From: Candidatus Heimdallarchaeota archaeon
GTDB lineage: Archaea; Asgardarchaeota; Heimdallarchaeia; Heimdallarchaeales; Heimdallarchaeaceae
DNA: 30,051 nt
Reading direction: 5' to 3'
NCBI GenBank assembly: GCA_030668875.1
Contig: DAOVER010000036.1
Coordinates: 1 to 30,051 of the forward strand
The translations under genes and the position numbers were made by a program. Below are positions 1 through 9,643 of the stretch, piece by piece. The notes below the pieces were generated by a model. It had not been told where the DNA came from. It was given only the letters and a program-made list of their open reading frames with translations, and ran no database searches. Positions within the stretch are counted from its first letter, which is position 1; each line of letters opens with the position of its first letter.

Positions 1-1
1 A

Positions 2-448
2 ATAGGTCACATTGAATCTCCTTTCGAAAAGAATGATGAGGATATACCTATCCAACCTGGCTTTTCTGATGCTTTTGGAACTGTTGTTGTTAATCCAGAA
101 TATTTAGAAGGTTTATCAGAACTCGATGGTTTTTCTCATATAATACTTATCTATTGGTTTGATCAAGCAACAGAAGAAAAACTCAAATTTCAACCTTTTC
201 TAGATGATATCCCCAAAGGTATTTTTGCTATCCGTCACCCTAACCGTCCCAACAAAATTGGTTTATCAATTGTTCAATTAGTTAAAGTTGATGGGAATAA
301 GCTGTTAGTAAAAGGGATTGACGTTTTCAATAAAACACCTCTACTAGATATCAAACCCTTTGTACCAGAATTTGACATCCATGGTATAGAAGATACAAAA
401 ATTGGTTGGTTAGCAGAGAATCTACGAAAAAAAGAAGACGGTGGTTAA
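2..448 (+). CDS. trmO: tRNA (N6-threonylcarbamoyladenosine(37)-N6)-methyltransferase TrmO/TsaA family, 5'-partial
   Basis: Not in the ORF track. My translation of frame 2 is open from the window start to TAA at 446-448: IGHIESPF...LEGLSELDGFSHIILIYWFD...GIFAIRHPNRPNKIGLSIVQL...GIDVFNKTPLLDIKPF. It carries the family's GxFAxRxPxRPN and TPxLDIKP motifs. Confidence 0.9.
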   Translation: MGHIESPFEKNDEDIPIQPGFSDAFGTVVVNPEYLEGLSELDGFSHIILIYWFDQATEEKLKFQPFLDDIPKGIFAIRHPNRPNKIGLSIVQLVKVDGNKLLVKGIDVFNKTPLLDIKPFVPEFDIHGIEDTKIGWLAENLRKKEDGG

Positions 449-1535
449 AATATCTAAGATAGATTGTGCAGTTATTCTAGCAGGAGGAAAAGGATCAAGA
501 CTTATACCTTTAACTACACACAAACCCAAACCTCTGGTTAAAGTGGCATTAACACCAATGATTGATTTTGCTATTCGTCAAATTGTTGATACTGGAGTAA
601 AGAAAATCGTTATAGCTGTTAAATACTTGGGAGAACAGATTCGTGATTATGTTACTGATACATATTCCAATGAAGATTTAGAAATAATTATTCCTGATAT
701 GGAACCTGTTGGAACAGCTGATGCAGTTCGTTTAGTGTCAGATATTATAGAGGGAGACTTTATTGTTTCTATGGCTGATATCGTTAGTAATTTACCTTTA
801 CAGAAAATGATAGACTTCTTTTATTCTACAGACTCTTATGCAACAATCAGTCTCAAAAATATAGACTTCCCAACAAAAAAATTCGGAGTTATTCTTCTTG
901 ATAAGGAGCAGAATATAGAAATCTTCTTAGAGAAACCAAAACCTGAGGAAATGCTATTCACAACAATAGCTTTTGCATACAGACCAGTCTCAGAATTCCA
1001 TCAAAACTTAGTTAATACCGGTGTTTATGTTTTCAAACGTAGAGTTCTAGAAATATTGGAAAATTTCAAAGATATTAATGACTTTGGACAAGATCTTTTT
1101 CCCTACCTTTTGCAAGAGAAATTCAAGATTAACGGTTATGTTGATGAATATTATTGGATGGATTGTGGGAACATTCGAAGCTATCTCTGGGCTAATTGGG
1201 ACGTTCTTAGAGGTTTTGTGGAAGGAATCGTTCCACCTGGAAAGAATATTAATGGTTTCTGGAAAGGAGAAAATGTTGATATTTCTCCAACTGCAAAAAT
1301 AATTCCACCTGTAGTGTTCGGAAATAATATTAATATCGAAGATAATGTGACAATAGGACCTTATTCTGTCATAGATGACGATGTAACTGTTAGAGCAAAC
1401 TCAATAGTAGATCACAGTATTATATGGAAATCCTCTGAGATAGGAAGTGATTCTTTCATTGAAAAATCTGTAATCTGTGATGATGTGAAAATTGAAAAGA
1501 TGCGAAAAGTAATAAATTACTCTGCTATTGATTAG
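441..1535 (+). CDS. NDP-sugar synthase / sugar-1-phosphate nucleotidyltransferase (mannose-1-P guanylyltransferase or GlgC-like) with C-terminal left-handed beta-helix
   Basis: N-terminal VILAGGKGSRLIPLT..KPKP motif, EKP, NTGVYVF, DFGQDLFP and YYWMDCG. The C-terminus has hexapeptide repeats (IGPYSVIDDDVTV, SIIWKSSEIGSDSFIEKSVI). GTG start overlaps the trmO stop by 8 nt. Confidence 0.88.
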   Translation: MVKISKIDCAVILAGGKGSRLIPLTTHKPKPLVKVALTPMIDFAIRQIVDTGVKKIVIAVKYLGEQIRDYVTDTYSNEDLEIIIPDMEPVGTADAVRLVSDIIEGDFIVSMADIVSNLPLQKMIDFFYSTDSYATISLKNIDFPTKKFGVILLDKEQNIEIFLEKPKPEEMLFTTIAFAYRPVSEFHQNLVNTGVYVFKRRVLEILENFKDINDFGQDLFPYLLQEKFKINGYVDEYYWMDCGNIRSYLWANWDVLRGFVEGIVPPGKNINGFWKGENVDISPTAKIIPPVVFGNNINIEDNVTIGPYSVIDDDVTVRANSIVDHSIIWKSSEIGSDSFIEKSVICDDVKIEKMRKVINYSAID

Positions 1536-1553
1536 TTACCATCAAATCAAAAA

Positions 1554-2237
1554 TTGATTCTTATGATTTCAAAAAGACACTTGCTATATTTTGCCATCAT
1601 TGTTTCTATGTTCTTCCTATCGTCTATTCACACATCACAAGGTACTATGGTTACAATTCCTTTTACGAATATTAATATGGAAAACGATGATGTTTTAAAT
1701 TATGAAGGAGTAAGAATTGTTCTTTTCTTTAAATCAATCTGTCCCTCGTGTCATAATCAAATTGAAACTCTTCAGGAGTTAGAAAATGCTTATGTTCTCT
1801 CAATAATTGCATTGAATGTTGATTCTGAAACAACAAATACCACACTATTAGAATTGTTAGATGATCTTTCCCTTTCAACGAATTGGACATTAGGATATGC
1901 TTCTCCTCAAGCAATCTCAACTTTTGATTTAACAGTAGTACCATCACAAGTCATCCTTGATGATAACTCAGAGCTTGTTGCTTTAACTGAGGGCTATTTT
2001 GATTATGAATCCATTGAAATCAGAATCCTTGATGCTATCAATCATCGCACAGAAAATTATGATGATGAGCCAACAACAGATTATAGAGAATTATTATTTG
2101 GTCTCTTCATTATTATTGGTGTAGCTGTAACAACAATAGTTGTAATCTTTCTATTTCGTTTATTCCAAAGAAGTGATAAGACTTCTGACATGATTATTGC
2201 AAGTAAGAAGTTTGAAAGAGAGGAAAAAATGAAGTGA
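1554..2237 (+). CDS. Exported TlpA/thioredoxin-like protein with C-terminal transmembrane anchor
   Basis: Signal-like N-terminus (likely start ATG 1563), FFKSICPSC (CxxC), cis-Pro-like VVPSQVILD, C-terminal hydrophobic helix LLFGLFIIIGVAVTTIVVIFLF. Confidence 0.75.
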   Translation: MILMISKRHLLYFAIIVSMFFLSSIHTSQGTMVTIPFTNINMENDDVLNYEGVRIVLFFKSICPSCHNQIETLQELENAYVLSIIALNVDSETTNTTLLELLDDLSLSTNWTLGYASPQAISTFDLTVVPSQVILDDNSELVALTEGYFDYESIEIRILDAINHRTENYDDEPTTDYRELLFGLFIIIGVAVTTIVVIFLFRLFQRSDKTSDMIIASKKFEREEKMK

Positions 2238-2244
2238 TAGTGGA

Positions 2245-3120
2245 TTAAGCAATTGCAAGTGATTGGCCACATTTTGAACATCTTGACGTATTTGAATCTA
2301 GTCTAACCCCACATTTTGAACAGAATACTGATTTTTCTTGTGTCACAAAAAGTGTTTGATCTGTTAAAATTAAATCCTGGTTTTCCTTCTCTACTTTTTT
2401 ATCTCTTTCAGCACTTGCTAGTAGATAACCTATTTTAATTCTCCGAGCGTCTTTCCATATTGCAATTGTGAACCCTATTGTTACAACAGTTGCTAGGTAA
2501 ATCATGACCAGTTCTGCATAGATAATGAATATTGGTGCATATTCCATGCTGAATATTAGAATGACGAGCCATAGAAGAAATCTTATTACTGGATTTATAC
2601 TAAATAGAGTATAAAATATTGAAGTCCCTGCTGCAGTATTTTTGCTTCTTCCAATTGATGCAACTAATTGTTTTAGGAGTATTATGCTCAAGAAATGAGT
2701 AATAATCATGAAAATGAATGAAGCGGCATTATCGCTTCTGTGACTAGCTTGCAGCTCAGGTTGAAGTCCATTTAAAACATCATATAGAGCTGTGAATAAA
2801 GCTGCAGCTACAAGCATGATGATTGCTAATTTAGCTTTATTTCTAGTTTCATGATCTCGACTAGTATTTCTCCAGATTAGGGCTTGAATTGCCAAGATAA
2901 TCAAAGCTAGAGTATAAATCAAAGTATCAATTATGAGCCAAGTGGAAAAAATACTTCCAGCAACAGATGAATCACCTTCAAATTGAGTAATATTGTATAG
3001 TATGCTTGTCATTTCGCTTAGATAATAAACTAAAATTACAAAAGTTGCTATTTTTATCCAAGCAAAATTAAATGCGGTGTATTCACTGTTTCTAACTGGG
3101 TAATCCACTAAATCTGACAT
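2245..3120 (-). CDS. Polytopic membrane protein with C-terminal zinc ribbon
   Basis: About six hydrophobic segments followed by FCSKCGVRLDSNTSRCSKCG (CxxC-x10-CxxC). Confidence 0.75.
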   Translation of the reverse strand: MSDLVDYPVRNSEYTAFNFAWIKIATFVILVYYLSEMTSILYNITQFEGDSSVAGSIFSTWLIIDTLIYTLALIILAIQALIWRNTSRDHETRNKAKLAIIMLVAAALFTALYDVLNGLQPELQASHRSDNAASFIFMIITHFLSIILLKQLVASIGRSKNTAAGTSIFYTLFSINPVIRFLLWLVILIFSMEYAPIFIIYAELVMIYLATVVTIGFTIAIWKDARRIKIGYLLASAERDKKVEKENQDLILTDQTLFVTQEKSVFCSKCGVRLDSNTSRCSKCGQSLAIA

Positions 3121-3166
3121 TACAAATAAATGAGAGTTTAGATACTTATAATTTCTGTGTTGTGAC

Positions 3167-4666
3167 CTATTTTTCTGTGTCGTCTCTATCCTTTACTGAT
3201 TTCTTAGTGTCATCTTTCTTAGAGAAAGGAAGTTTTTTTGGTTCTGGTATGGTTGCAACGTCAGTATATTTACCTATCACAACTCCACGGACTTTGGAAA
3301 CTAAACCCTTAGGTTTAGTTTCAATTGGAACTACTTCATTATCCAGTGAAGAATCAGTTACAATTGGAACTACTTCATTATCCAGTGAAGAATCAGTTAC
3401 AATCACATCTACCTCGGGTTCCATCCTAGTTTTAGTTTCTATAACTTCAATTTTAGGTTCCAATGTAGTTTCTGTCTTAATGACCGTTACATCGGGTTGC
3501 ATTGAAGTATCTGAATCAAAAACTTGCACATCTGTATGAACTGCATCAGCATCCTCCCCCAAAGGATCAACTCCTTCATCAAATCTTATCCCTTCCTCAT
3601 ATTGAAGTTGGATTCCTTCTTCGATTTTTTTCTTCAATTCATCTTTATCTTTAATTTCCTCTACTTTTGAAACTAAGACTGCAGATGCGTTTTTAATATC
3701 GGTGGATAGATGCAACAATCTTCCTACAAGTGGAATGAGTTTTTCGTATGATTTGATAGCTCCTTCTTTCCAGTATAGGGTATCACTCTCAGTTTCATAA
3801 CCATAATTTAATCCTGAAAAACAATACTTTTGTAATGTTTCATTTGGCATCTGTTTAGCTAAATAGAGAGACCCTCTTCGAGTATCCTTAGTTAATTTTA
3901 GATTATAAATTAGTTTGACATACTTATCATCCAAGTTAGAGAAGAAACTCAAGAATGAAAGAATGGCTATGATAGCACTCGCGGGTAAAATTGCCTCTGG
4001 AAATGTGTTTTGCATTAAGAGCGATAATGTTACAAAAGTTGCTCCACCTAAGAACCCCACTAGTTTAAAAACTATCAGAACTGGACTTTCTTTAACATAT
4101 TTTTTCTTGCCAAAAAGCGAGTAGAAAACCCAATAATTTGCTGCACGAGGATTAATGTAAGGTTTTGATGTCATACCTAAGAAATTACTTCTCTCAATTT
4201 GTTTAATATCTTGTACTTCTCTGATTTGTGAATATTCTATATGACTTGATTTTAGTAGTTTCTTGTTCTCATAAAAACTGATTTTAAAGTAATTTTTACC
4301 TTGTTTGATATTGCTCTTGAAAACAATGTCCCTATACCAGACTTCTTTGGGATTTATGACTATTTTTTCAACTGATATCTTTTTATTATCTTTATGTAAA
4401 TCACTAAACCAACCAACGAGAGAATAATAAACGCTAATTGTCATTGATAGATCACCTGTGTTGGCAATGAATAATCTCACAATCCCTCGCTTGTTCTCTG
4501 GTACCTGTTCTATAATAGGAAACATTGTATAGGATAAGTTTTCATGAGTTTCCATTTCTAAATTATCAAGAAGAGCTGAATCAATTTCTTCATTTTGAGT
4601 GAATTTTGGTATGATGTTTGAAGCAAAAACAGGATTATCAAAGATTTCATTGCTCATGACTATCAA
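3167..4666 (-). CDS. Hypothetical membrane protein with two TM helices and an acidic tail of 13-aa repeats
   Basis: 499-aa ORF. Beta-rich N-terminal region, hydrophobic hairpin (VLIVFKLVGFLGGATFVTLSLL / AILPASAIIAILSFLSFF), low-complexity repeat tail. Confidence 0.75.
   Translation of the reverse strand: MIVMSNEIFDNPVFASNIIPKFTQNEEIDSALLDNLEMETHENLSYTMFPIIEQVPENKRGIVRLFIANTGDLSMTISVYYSLVGWFSDLHKDNKKISVEKIVINPKEVWYRDIVFKSNIKQGKNYFKISFYENKKLLKSSHIEYSQIREVQDIKQIERSNFLGMTSKPYINPRAANYWVFYSLFGKKKYVKESPVLIVFKLVGFLGGATFVTLSLLMQNTFPEAILPASAIIAILSFLSFFSNLDDKYVKLIYNLKLTKDTRRGSLYLAKQMPNETLQKYCFSGLNYGYETESDTLYWKEGAIKSYEKLIPLVGRLLHLSTDIKNASAVLVSKVEEIKDKDELKKKIEEGIQLQYEEGIRFDEGVDPLGEDADAVHTDVQVFDSDTSMQPDVTVIKTETTLEPKIEVIETKTRMEPEVDVIVTDSSLDNEVVPIVTDSSLDNEVVPIETKPKGLVSKVRGVVIGKYTDVATIPEPKKLPFSKKDDTKKSVKDRDDTEK
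3296..3529. repeat. Coding minisatellite, 39-bp period, about 6 degenerate units; two units are identical (3322-3360 and 3361-3399)
   Basis: caattggaactacttcattatccagtgaagaatcagtta occurs twice in direct tandem with no spacer. Protein units: VQVFDSDTSMQPD / VTVIKTETTLEPK / IEVIETKTRMEPE / VDVIVTDSSLDNE / VVPIVTDSSLDNE / VVPIETKPKGLVS. Confidence 0.85.
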
Positions 4667-4807
4667 GTTTAAAATAGAGTATACCTTTAAAAAATTAACT
4701 AGACGAACACAAAAAAAGGTATAATTTGCTTCGACATATTATGCAAACAGGTACTAGGACTTCACAAATCTTTAATAATATTTTTCAAATATGTTAATTA
4801 GATTATT

Positions 4808-6841
4808 TTGAAAGCTGAATCATTCGAACTCCCAAATGAATTTTCTAAATATGAGGTTCTAATTCAAGAAGATTTCGAGAATTTTTATTCAGTTTATCAA
4901 AAATATCAGTATCAAAACAATACTTTTTTCCAATCAGTAGTATATGCTTGTGACGATTTAGCAAATTCTAATAAAACTCTAGAAAAGTATAGAACAGCAT
5001 ATACGGAAATTTCATTGCTAGGATATTTTCTGTTATCTCAATACAAACAAGTATTAACATTCATGACGAGGAATAATAGCTTTGAAATAAATTATTTCCG
5101 ATTTAAAGCAGCAATGATAACAGGAGAGAGAGGGATAATTTCAGCTATTCTAGCAAATATTATGACTGCTTTAGTTGAACTAAAAAAGAAAGATCCGGAG
5201 ACTCACAAAGTATTTTTTACAATCATGTCTTTGGAAATAGCTGCAATGAATTCAGATGTAGATTCAGTCAAAAAATATGCTGTAAAAATCCGTGAGATGC
5301 TTTTTAATACAGTCCTCATTCAAGATTATCCCCTTGTAGCTTTGCAGATAGTAAGTGATCTTGCTTATAGAGAATTCCGAACAGGAGATGAATCCTATGA
5401 AGGTTGGTTGGAGATTTATAAGGAGCTTGCTGAAGCTCTTAGTATGGATTCTAAACGATTAGATTGCTACACAATGCTTGGTGGTTTGTATCGTTTTAAA
5501 GGATTTCTTGATGAAGCTTCTGAGTACTATAACAAAGCTTTCGAGATAGCAGAAAAAGTTGGTAATAAGGAATTTAAAGCATCGCTAATTTCCAACATGG
5601 CTGACCTAGAACATACTCTAGGTAATCTTGAAAAAGCACTTTTATTGTGTAATAATGCCTTAAAAGACCCTGAACTCTCTCAATCTAAGCCAAATCTCTA
5701 CATCAATAAAGCTGAGATATTAATTAAGCAAGAAAAATATTCTGAAGCAATTACTAATCTGAAAATGGTTGAGAAGTTATCCAATAGATCAACTCCAATA
5801 GTCAATATCCTTTATGGTTATGCTCTTACCAAACTTCCTGGAAAGGAATATCTTCATGAAGGTATGAAGTATTTGGAAAAGGGTGGACATCTTAGCGAAC
5901 AATCAAAAAACCACCGTTGGATTGCTACTTATTACTACTACATGGGAAGAACATATTTAGACAATTATGATCTCTCTTCGAGTATTAATGCTTTTGAGAA
6001 ATGTTATGACTACGCAATTCGGAGTGAATTTCAATACGTTGTTCTTTCTCAATTGTTTTTAGCAGAATCTTATCTCCATCGCTATAAAATTTCTCAATCT
6101 GATAATGATTTAACCTATTCAGAGAGATATTTAGCAAATGTTATAACAATTTGTCAGGAACAAGAACTACCCATTCTTGCAGATGTGCTTTATCTTAAAG
6201 GGCAACTCCTCATAGCTCTAGGTGAATTTGCGGATGCATACTCAGTTTTCCGGCAAACAAAGGAGATAGCTCTTCAAAATGATAACTCTCTTCTAGCTAT
6301 TAGTTGTGAGAAGAATATTGAGATGTTAGATTCTGATAGCATCGACAAGTCAACATTAATCACAACGGAAATAACAGAAGTTATCAAGATTCTTTCAAAA
6401 CAGTCCTATGTAAAGAAAACTGAAAAGTTGCCAGATATCTACTTCCTGAATATATTTACTGATGATGGAATAAGTTTTTATTCACATCTATTCCGAGACC
6501 AAACACCTATAAATGATGTTTTACTCTCAGCAATTCTAACAGCGGTAAAAACAATGTCAAATGAATTATTCGGGACAGGTTTAAGAGGTATTGATTTCGA
6601 GGGTAAAACTTTGCTAGTTGAAGGCTTCGGTAATTTTGTAGGGGTTCTCGCTTGTGAACGAGATAGCTTTAATGCTAGGACAAAATTGTTCAATTTCATG
6701 AAAAGATTTAATGAAAAATTTGCTGAACACACTTTGGTTCAAGTAAGTCAAGAAACTAAAAAGGACATTAAGAAACAAGCAGATTTACTTGTAGAAATAA
6801 TCTTTGAAAAATCACTCAAAGGAATCGTTACAGCAATCTAA
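4808..6841 (+). CDS. TPR-repeat protein with C-terminal longin-like domain
   Basis: TPR-like units (YTMLGGLYRFKGFLDEASEYYNKAFEI; ISNMADLEHTLGNLEKALLLCNNAL; YYYMGRTYLDNYDLSSSINAFEKC). The C-terminus IYFLNIFTDDGISFYSH...LLSAILTAVKTMSNELFGTGLRGIDF.GKTLLVE...VGVLAC...KLFNFMKRF has a longin-like beta-beta-alpha-beta-beta-beta-alpha pattern. Confidence 0.75.
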   Translation: MKAESFELPNEFSKYEVLIQEDFENFYSVYQKYQYQNNTFFQSVVYACDDLANSNKTLEKYRTAYTEISLLGYFLLSQYKQVLTFMTRNNSFEINYFRFKAAMITGERGIISAILANIMTALVELKKKDPETHKVFFTIMSLEIAAMNSDVDSVKKYAVKIREMLFNTVLIQDYPLVALQIVSDLAYREFRTGDESYEGWLEIYKELAEALSMDSKRLDCYTMLGGLYRFKGFLDEASEYYNKAFEIAEKVGNKEFKASLISNMADLEHTLGNLEKALLLCNNALKDPELSQSKPNLYINKAEILIKQEKYSEAITNLKMVEKLSNRSTPIVNILYGYALTKLPGKEYLHEGMKYLEKGGHLSEQSKNHRWIATYYYYMGRTYLDNYDLSSSINAFEKCYDYAIRSEFQYVVLSQLFLAESYLHRYKISQSDNDLTYSERYLANVITICQEQELPILADVLYLKGQLLIALGEFADAYSVFRQTKEIALQNDNSLLAISCEKNIEMLDSDSIDKSTLITTEITEVIKILSKQSYVKKTEKLPDIYFLNIFTDDGISFYSHLFRDQTPINDVLLSAILTAVKTMSNELFGTGLRGIDFEGKTLLVEGFGNFVGVLACERDSFNARTKLFNFMKRFNEKFAEHTLVQVSQETKKDIKKQADLLVEIIFEKSLKGIVTAI

Positions 6842-6906
6842 ATATTAAACTACAGCTGTTTTACAATTGGAAAGCTTTATGATATTGGTTTGTTACCGAC
6901 TTTTCA

Positions 6907-8088
6907 ATGAATAAGAATAACTCCTTTTTAACACATCTAAAGTGCACGAAATGTGGAAAAGAATACGATTCTACAAAATTACACAAATTATGTTCATGTG
7001 GAAAAGTATTATTTGCTAAATATGATATTGAAAAAGCTAAGGAAACTGTTAGTTTTTCTAGTATTAAAAACAGAAGATATGATATCTGGCGATTCCACGA
7101 AATTATGCCTGTTCTAGAAGAAAAGAATCGGTTTACTTTAGGTGAAGGTTGGACACCTTTGGTGAAACTTCCCAACTTAGGAGAGAAGTTAGAATTGAAC
7201 AATCTTTATGTTAAAGATGAAGGGCTGAACCCTACAGGATCTTTCAAGAGTAGAGGACTTTGTGCTGCTGTTTCAAAAGCTTATGAACTTGGAGTTAGAG
7301 AATTTGTGATACCAACAGCTGGTAATGCTGGTGCAGCTCTTTCAGCTTATGCAGCAAGAACACAAACTAAAGCACATGTTTTTATGCCCAAAGATACGCC
7401 TGAATTCATCATTACAGAAATAAAGTCCTATGGAGCAAATATGCATTTAGTAGATGGCTTGATTACCGATGCAGGAAAAACTGCTAAAGAAGAAGCTGCT
7501 AAACATAAATGGTTTGATGTATCAACACTAAAAGAACCCTACAGAGCTGAAGGAAAGAAAACAATGGGATTAGAATTAGCTGAACAATTCAATTGGGAGT
7601 TACCAGATGTTATAATCTATCCTACTGGGGGTGGAACAGGTATTATTGGTATGTGGAAATCTTTTGATGAACTAGAGGAACTAGGTTTAGTTACTTCAAA
7701 AAGACCAAGGATGATAACCGTACAATCAACTGGATGTTCTCCAATTGTCAAAGCTTTTCATGAAGGTAAAGATCAAGCTGAATTCTGGGAAGACGCGGAA
7801 ACAATTGCAGCAGGATTGCGCGTTCCTGCAGCTGTAGCTGACTATTTGATTCTGGACATATTACGAGAATCAAAAGGTACTGCTGTATCTGTTGATGATT
7901 TAACGATTAAAATATCTATGTTCCAGCTAGCAAGAGAAGAAGGGATAATGGTATCTCCCGAAGCTGCAGCAACTATAGCTGCTTTAGATTTATTGAAAGA
8001 GAAAGGAAAAATCCAGTCAGATGAAAAGATAGTTGTTTTTGGAACGGGTTCAGGTTTTACAACACCTGAAGTATGGGAAAAGGAATGA
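6907..8088 (+). CDS. thrC: Threonine synthase family PLP enzyme (fold type II)
   Basis: N-terminal CxxC zinc knuckle, TLGEGWTPL, VKDEGLNPTGSFKSRG (PLP lysine), TAGNAGAA, YRAEGKKTMGLE, IIYPTGGGTG, TGSG. Confidence 0.88.
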   Translation: MNKNNSFLTHLKCTKCGKEYDSTKLHKLCSCGKVLFAKYDIEKAKETVSFSSIKNRRYDIWRFHEIMPVLEEKNRFTLGEGWTPLVKLPNLGEKLELNNLYVKDEGLNPTGSFKSRGLCAAVSKAYELGVREFVIPTAGNAGAALSAYAARTQTKAHVFMPKDTPEFIITEIKSYGANMHLVDGLITDAGKTAKEEAAKHKWFDVSTLKEPYRAEGKKTMGLELAEQFNWELPDVIIYPTGGGTGIIGMWKSFDELEELGLVTSKRPRMITVQSTGCSPIVKAFHEGKDQAEFWEDAETIAAGLRVPAAVADYLILDILRESKGTAVSVDDLTIKISMFQLAREEGIMVSPEAAATIAALDLLKEKGKIQSDEKIVVFGTGSGFTTPEVWEKE

Positions 8089-8097
8089 TAGAAAAAA

Positions 8098-9045
8098 TCA
8101 AATCTTAGGCATGATTTCTTCTTGGAACATCTTCATTTGTTCAATTTCCTTATTTTGTGGGAACATGAAAATATAATTTTCAATTCCATATTTCCTGTAA
8201 TCTTTTAACCACTCTATTATTTCTTCAATTGTTCCATGCATAGAACCTTCGTATCTTTTGGTTAATTGTTCAAGTGTAAACCCTCTTTTTTCTGCTACCT
8301 CTTTCCATGTTTTTTGCTTATCTTCTTCACTTTCGTATATACGTGTCCAAATACCATACGAACGGAGAAGAGACGTGGGTTTTCTATCATATTTTTCGCA
8401 AAGTGCATCAAGTTCTTCCATTTTTTCTTTGAAAACTTCTTGTGTATAAGACCAAGCTAAATTTATTCCATCAGCGAATTTTGCAGCAATGTTTAACATC
8501 TTTGGTTTAGCATACATGGTTCCAACCCAAATTGGTGGATAAGGTTTCTGAAATGGTTTAGGAAAAGACACAGCGTTGTTTAATTCATAGTATTCTCCCC
8601 TAAAATTCGCAACATCCTCCGTCCAGAGCTTCTTGATAACTTGCATTCCTTCAACAAGTTGTTTCAATCTTACGCCTGCACTTAGAAAAGGAATTCCATA
8701 AGCATTGTATTCTACTTCTTTCCATCCAGCTCCATAACCAAAATCAATACGACCTTTAGAGTAATGATCTAATGAAGCTATTTGCTTAGCTAGAACAGCT
8801 GGATACCTATAGGAATTACAATATACTAACGAACCAATTCTAAGTGTTGTTGTGTATGAAGCTGCAGCCATCATAGAAGTGAAGCATTCATATGCATTCA
8901 CGTCTTTTGATTCTCCAGATAACATGAAATGATCTGAAAACCATGCATGTGTAAAATCATGTTTCTCAGCAGCTTGTACTATTTTTTGAATTTCTTCAAA
9001 ACTGTACCCAAATTGGGGTTCTATTTGAACTCCATAGTATATCAT
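8098..9045 (-). CDS. Luciferase-like (LLM) flavin/F420-dependent oxidoreductase
   Basis: WFSDHF, LRIGSLVYCNSYRYPAVLAKQIASLDHYSKGRIDFGYGAGW, PKPFQKPYPPIWVG. Confidence 0.88.
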   Translation of the reverse strand: MIYYGVQIEPQFGYSFEEIQKIVQAAEKHDFTHAWFSDHFMLSGESKDVNAYECFTSMMAAASYTTTLRIGSLVYCNSYRYPAVLAKQIASLDHYSKGRIDFGYGAGWKEVEYNAYGIPFLSAGVRLKQLVEGMQVIKKLWTEDVANFRGEYYELNNAVSFPKPFQKPYPPIWVGTMYAKPKMLNIAAKFADGINLAWSYTQEVFKEKMEELDALCEKYDRKPTSLLRSYGIWTRIYESEEDKQKTWKEVAEKRGFTLEQLTKRYEGSMHGTIEEIIEWLKDYRKYGIENYIFMFPQNKEIEQMKMFQEEIMPKI

Positions 9046-9141
9046 ATCCTCAACATAAATCCAAAATTAATAAATATTCGCTCAAATGTACTTTCAAATC
9101 AAAAAAGCAATAATTAAATATAAGTTCTGTCCAATTTATAA

Positions 9142-9561
9142 TTGATGTCTATTATTCAAATGCTTGATGATCTTGAAACTGGAAACTTTCTGTGGTTATC
9201 GTTATCGTTCGCATTATTGTTTGTTTCAGGTTTTGTAATAGGATTTATCACTGTGTACAAATGGATGATTCCTGTAGCTAGTGTTGTTGCTGGCCTCTAC
9301 GTTGTTTTCGCTACTATGTATTCCATAGTAAATTGGAAAGAATGGAACAAAGAAAAAGAGATTCTAGCCGAGCTTCCAAGTTTTCCACAAAAAGATTATT
9401 GTGATATCTGTGGAAAAGAACTTGAGGGAGGAGAAAAAAAGACAGATGGAGAGTTTTTGGCAATAATTTGTCCGCATTGCGAAGCGGAAAATATCGTTTC
9501 ACATGAAGAAAAGATACAAGAAGTGGAGAAAATAGCAGAAGAGGAAGAAGAAGGTCAATAG
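9142..9561 (+). CDS. Small membrane protein with zinc ribbon and acidic tail
   Basis: Two hydrophobic helices, then CDICG...ICPHCEAEN, ending EEEEEGQ. Likely start ATG 9145. Confidence 0.7.
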   Translation: MMSIIQMLDDLETGNFLWLSLSFALLFVSGFVIGFITVYKWMIPVASVVAGLYVVFATMYSIVNWKEWNKEKEILAELPSFPQKDYCDICGKELEGGEKKTDGEFLAIICPHCEAENIVSHEEKIQEVEKIAEEEEEGQ

Positions 9562-9643
9562 ATAACGCCTTTATATCAAACTTTTATATTCTCAATATAA
9601 CTTGATGTTTTCTTTTTAGATTAACACAAGAATAAATATTTAA

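Noticed and set aside
3322-3403. 39-bp direct repeat as a possible CRISPR
   Set aside because: The copies abut with no spacer, the period is a multiple of 3, it lies inside a CDS, and no cas genes are present.
3162-3539. 125-aa Ser/Thr-rich plus-strand ORF that looks mucin-like
   Set aside because: It is the antisense shadow of the repeat tail of the 499-aa minus-strand gene, and it has no signal peptide.
6907-9045. Threonine synthase and LLM oxidoreductase as a joint pathway
   Set aside because: The genes are convergent and from common families; nothing in the sequence links them functionally.
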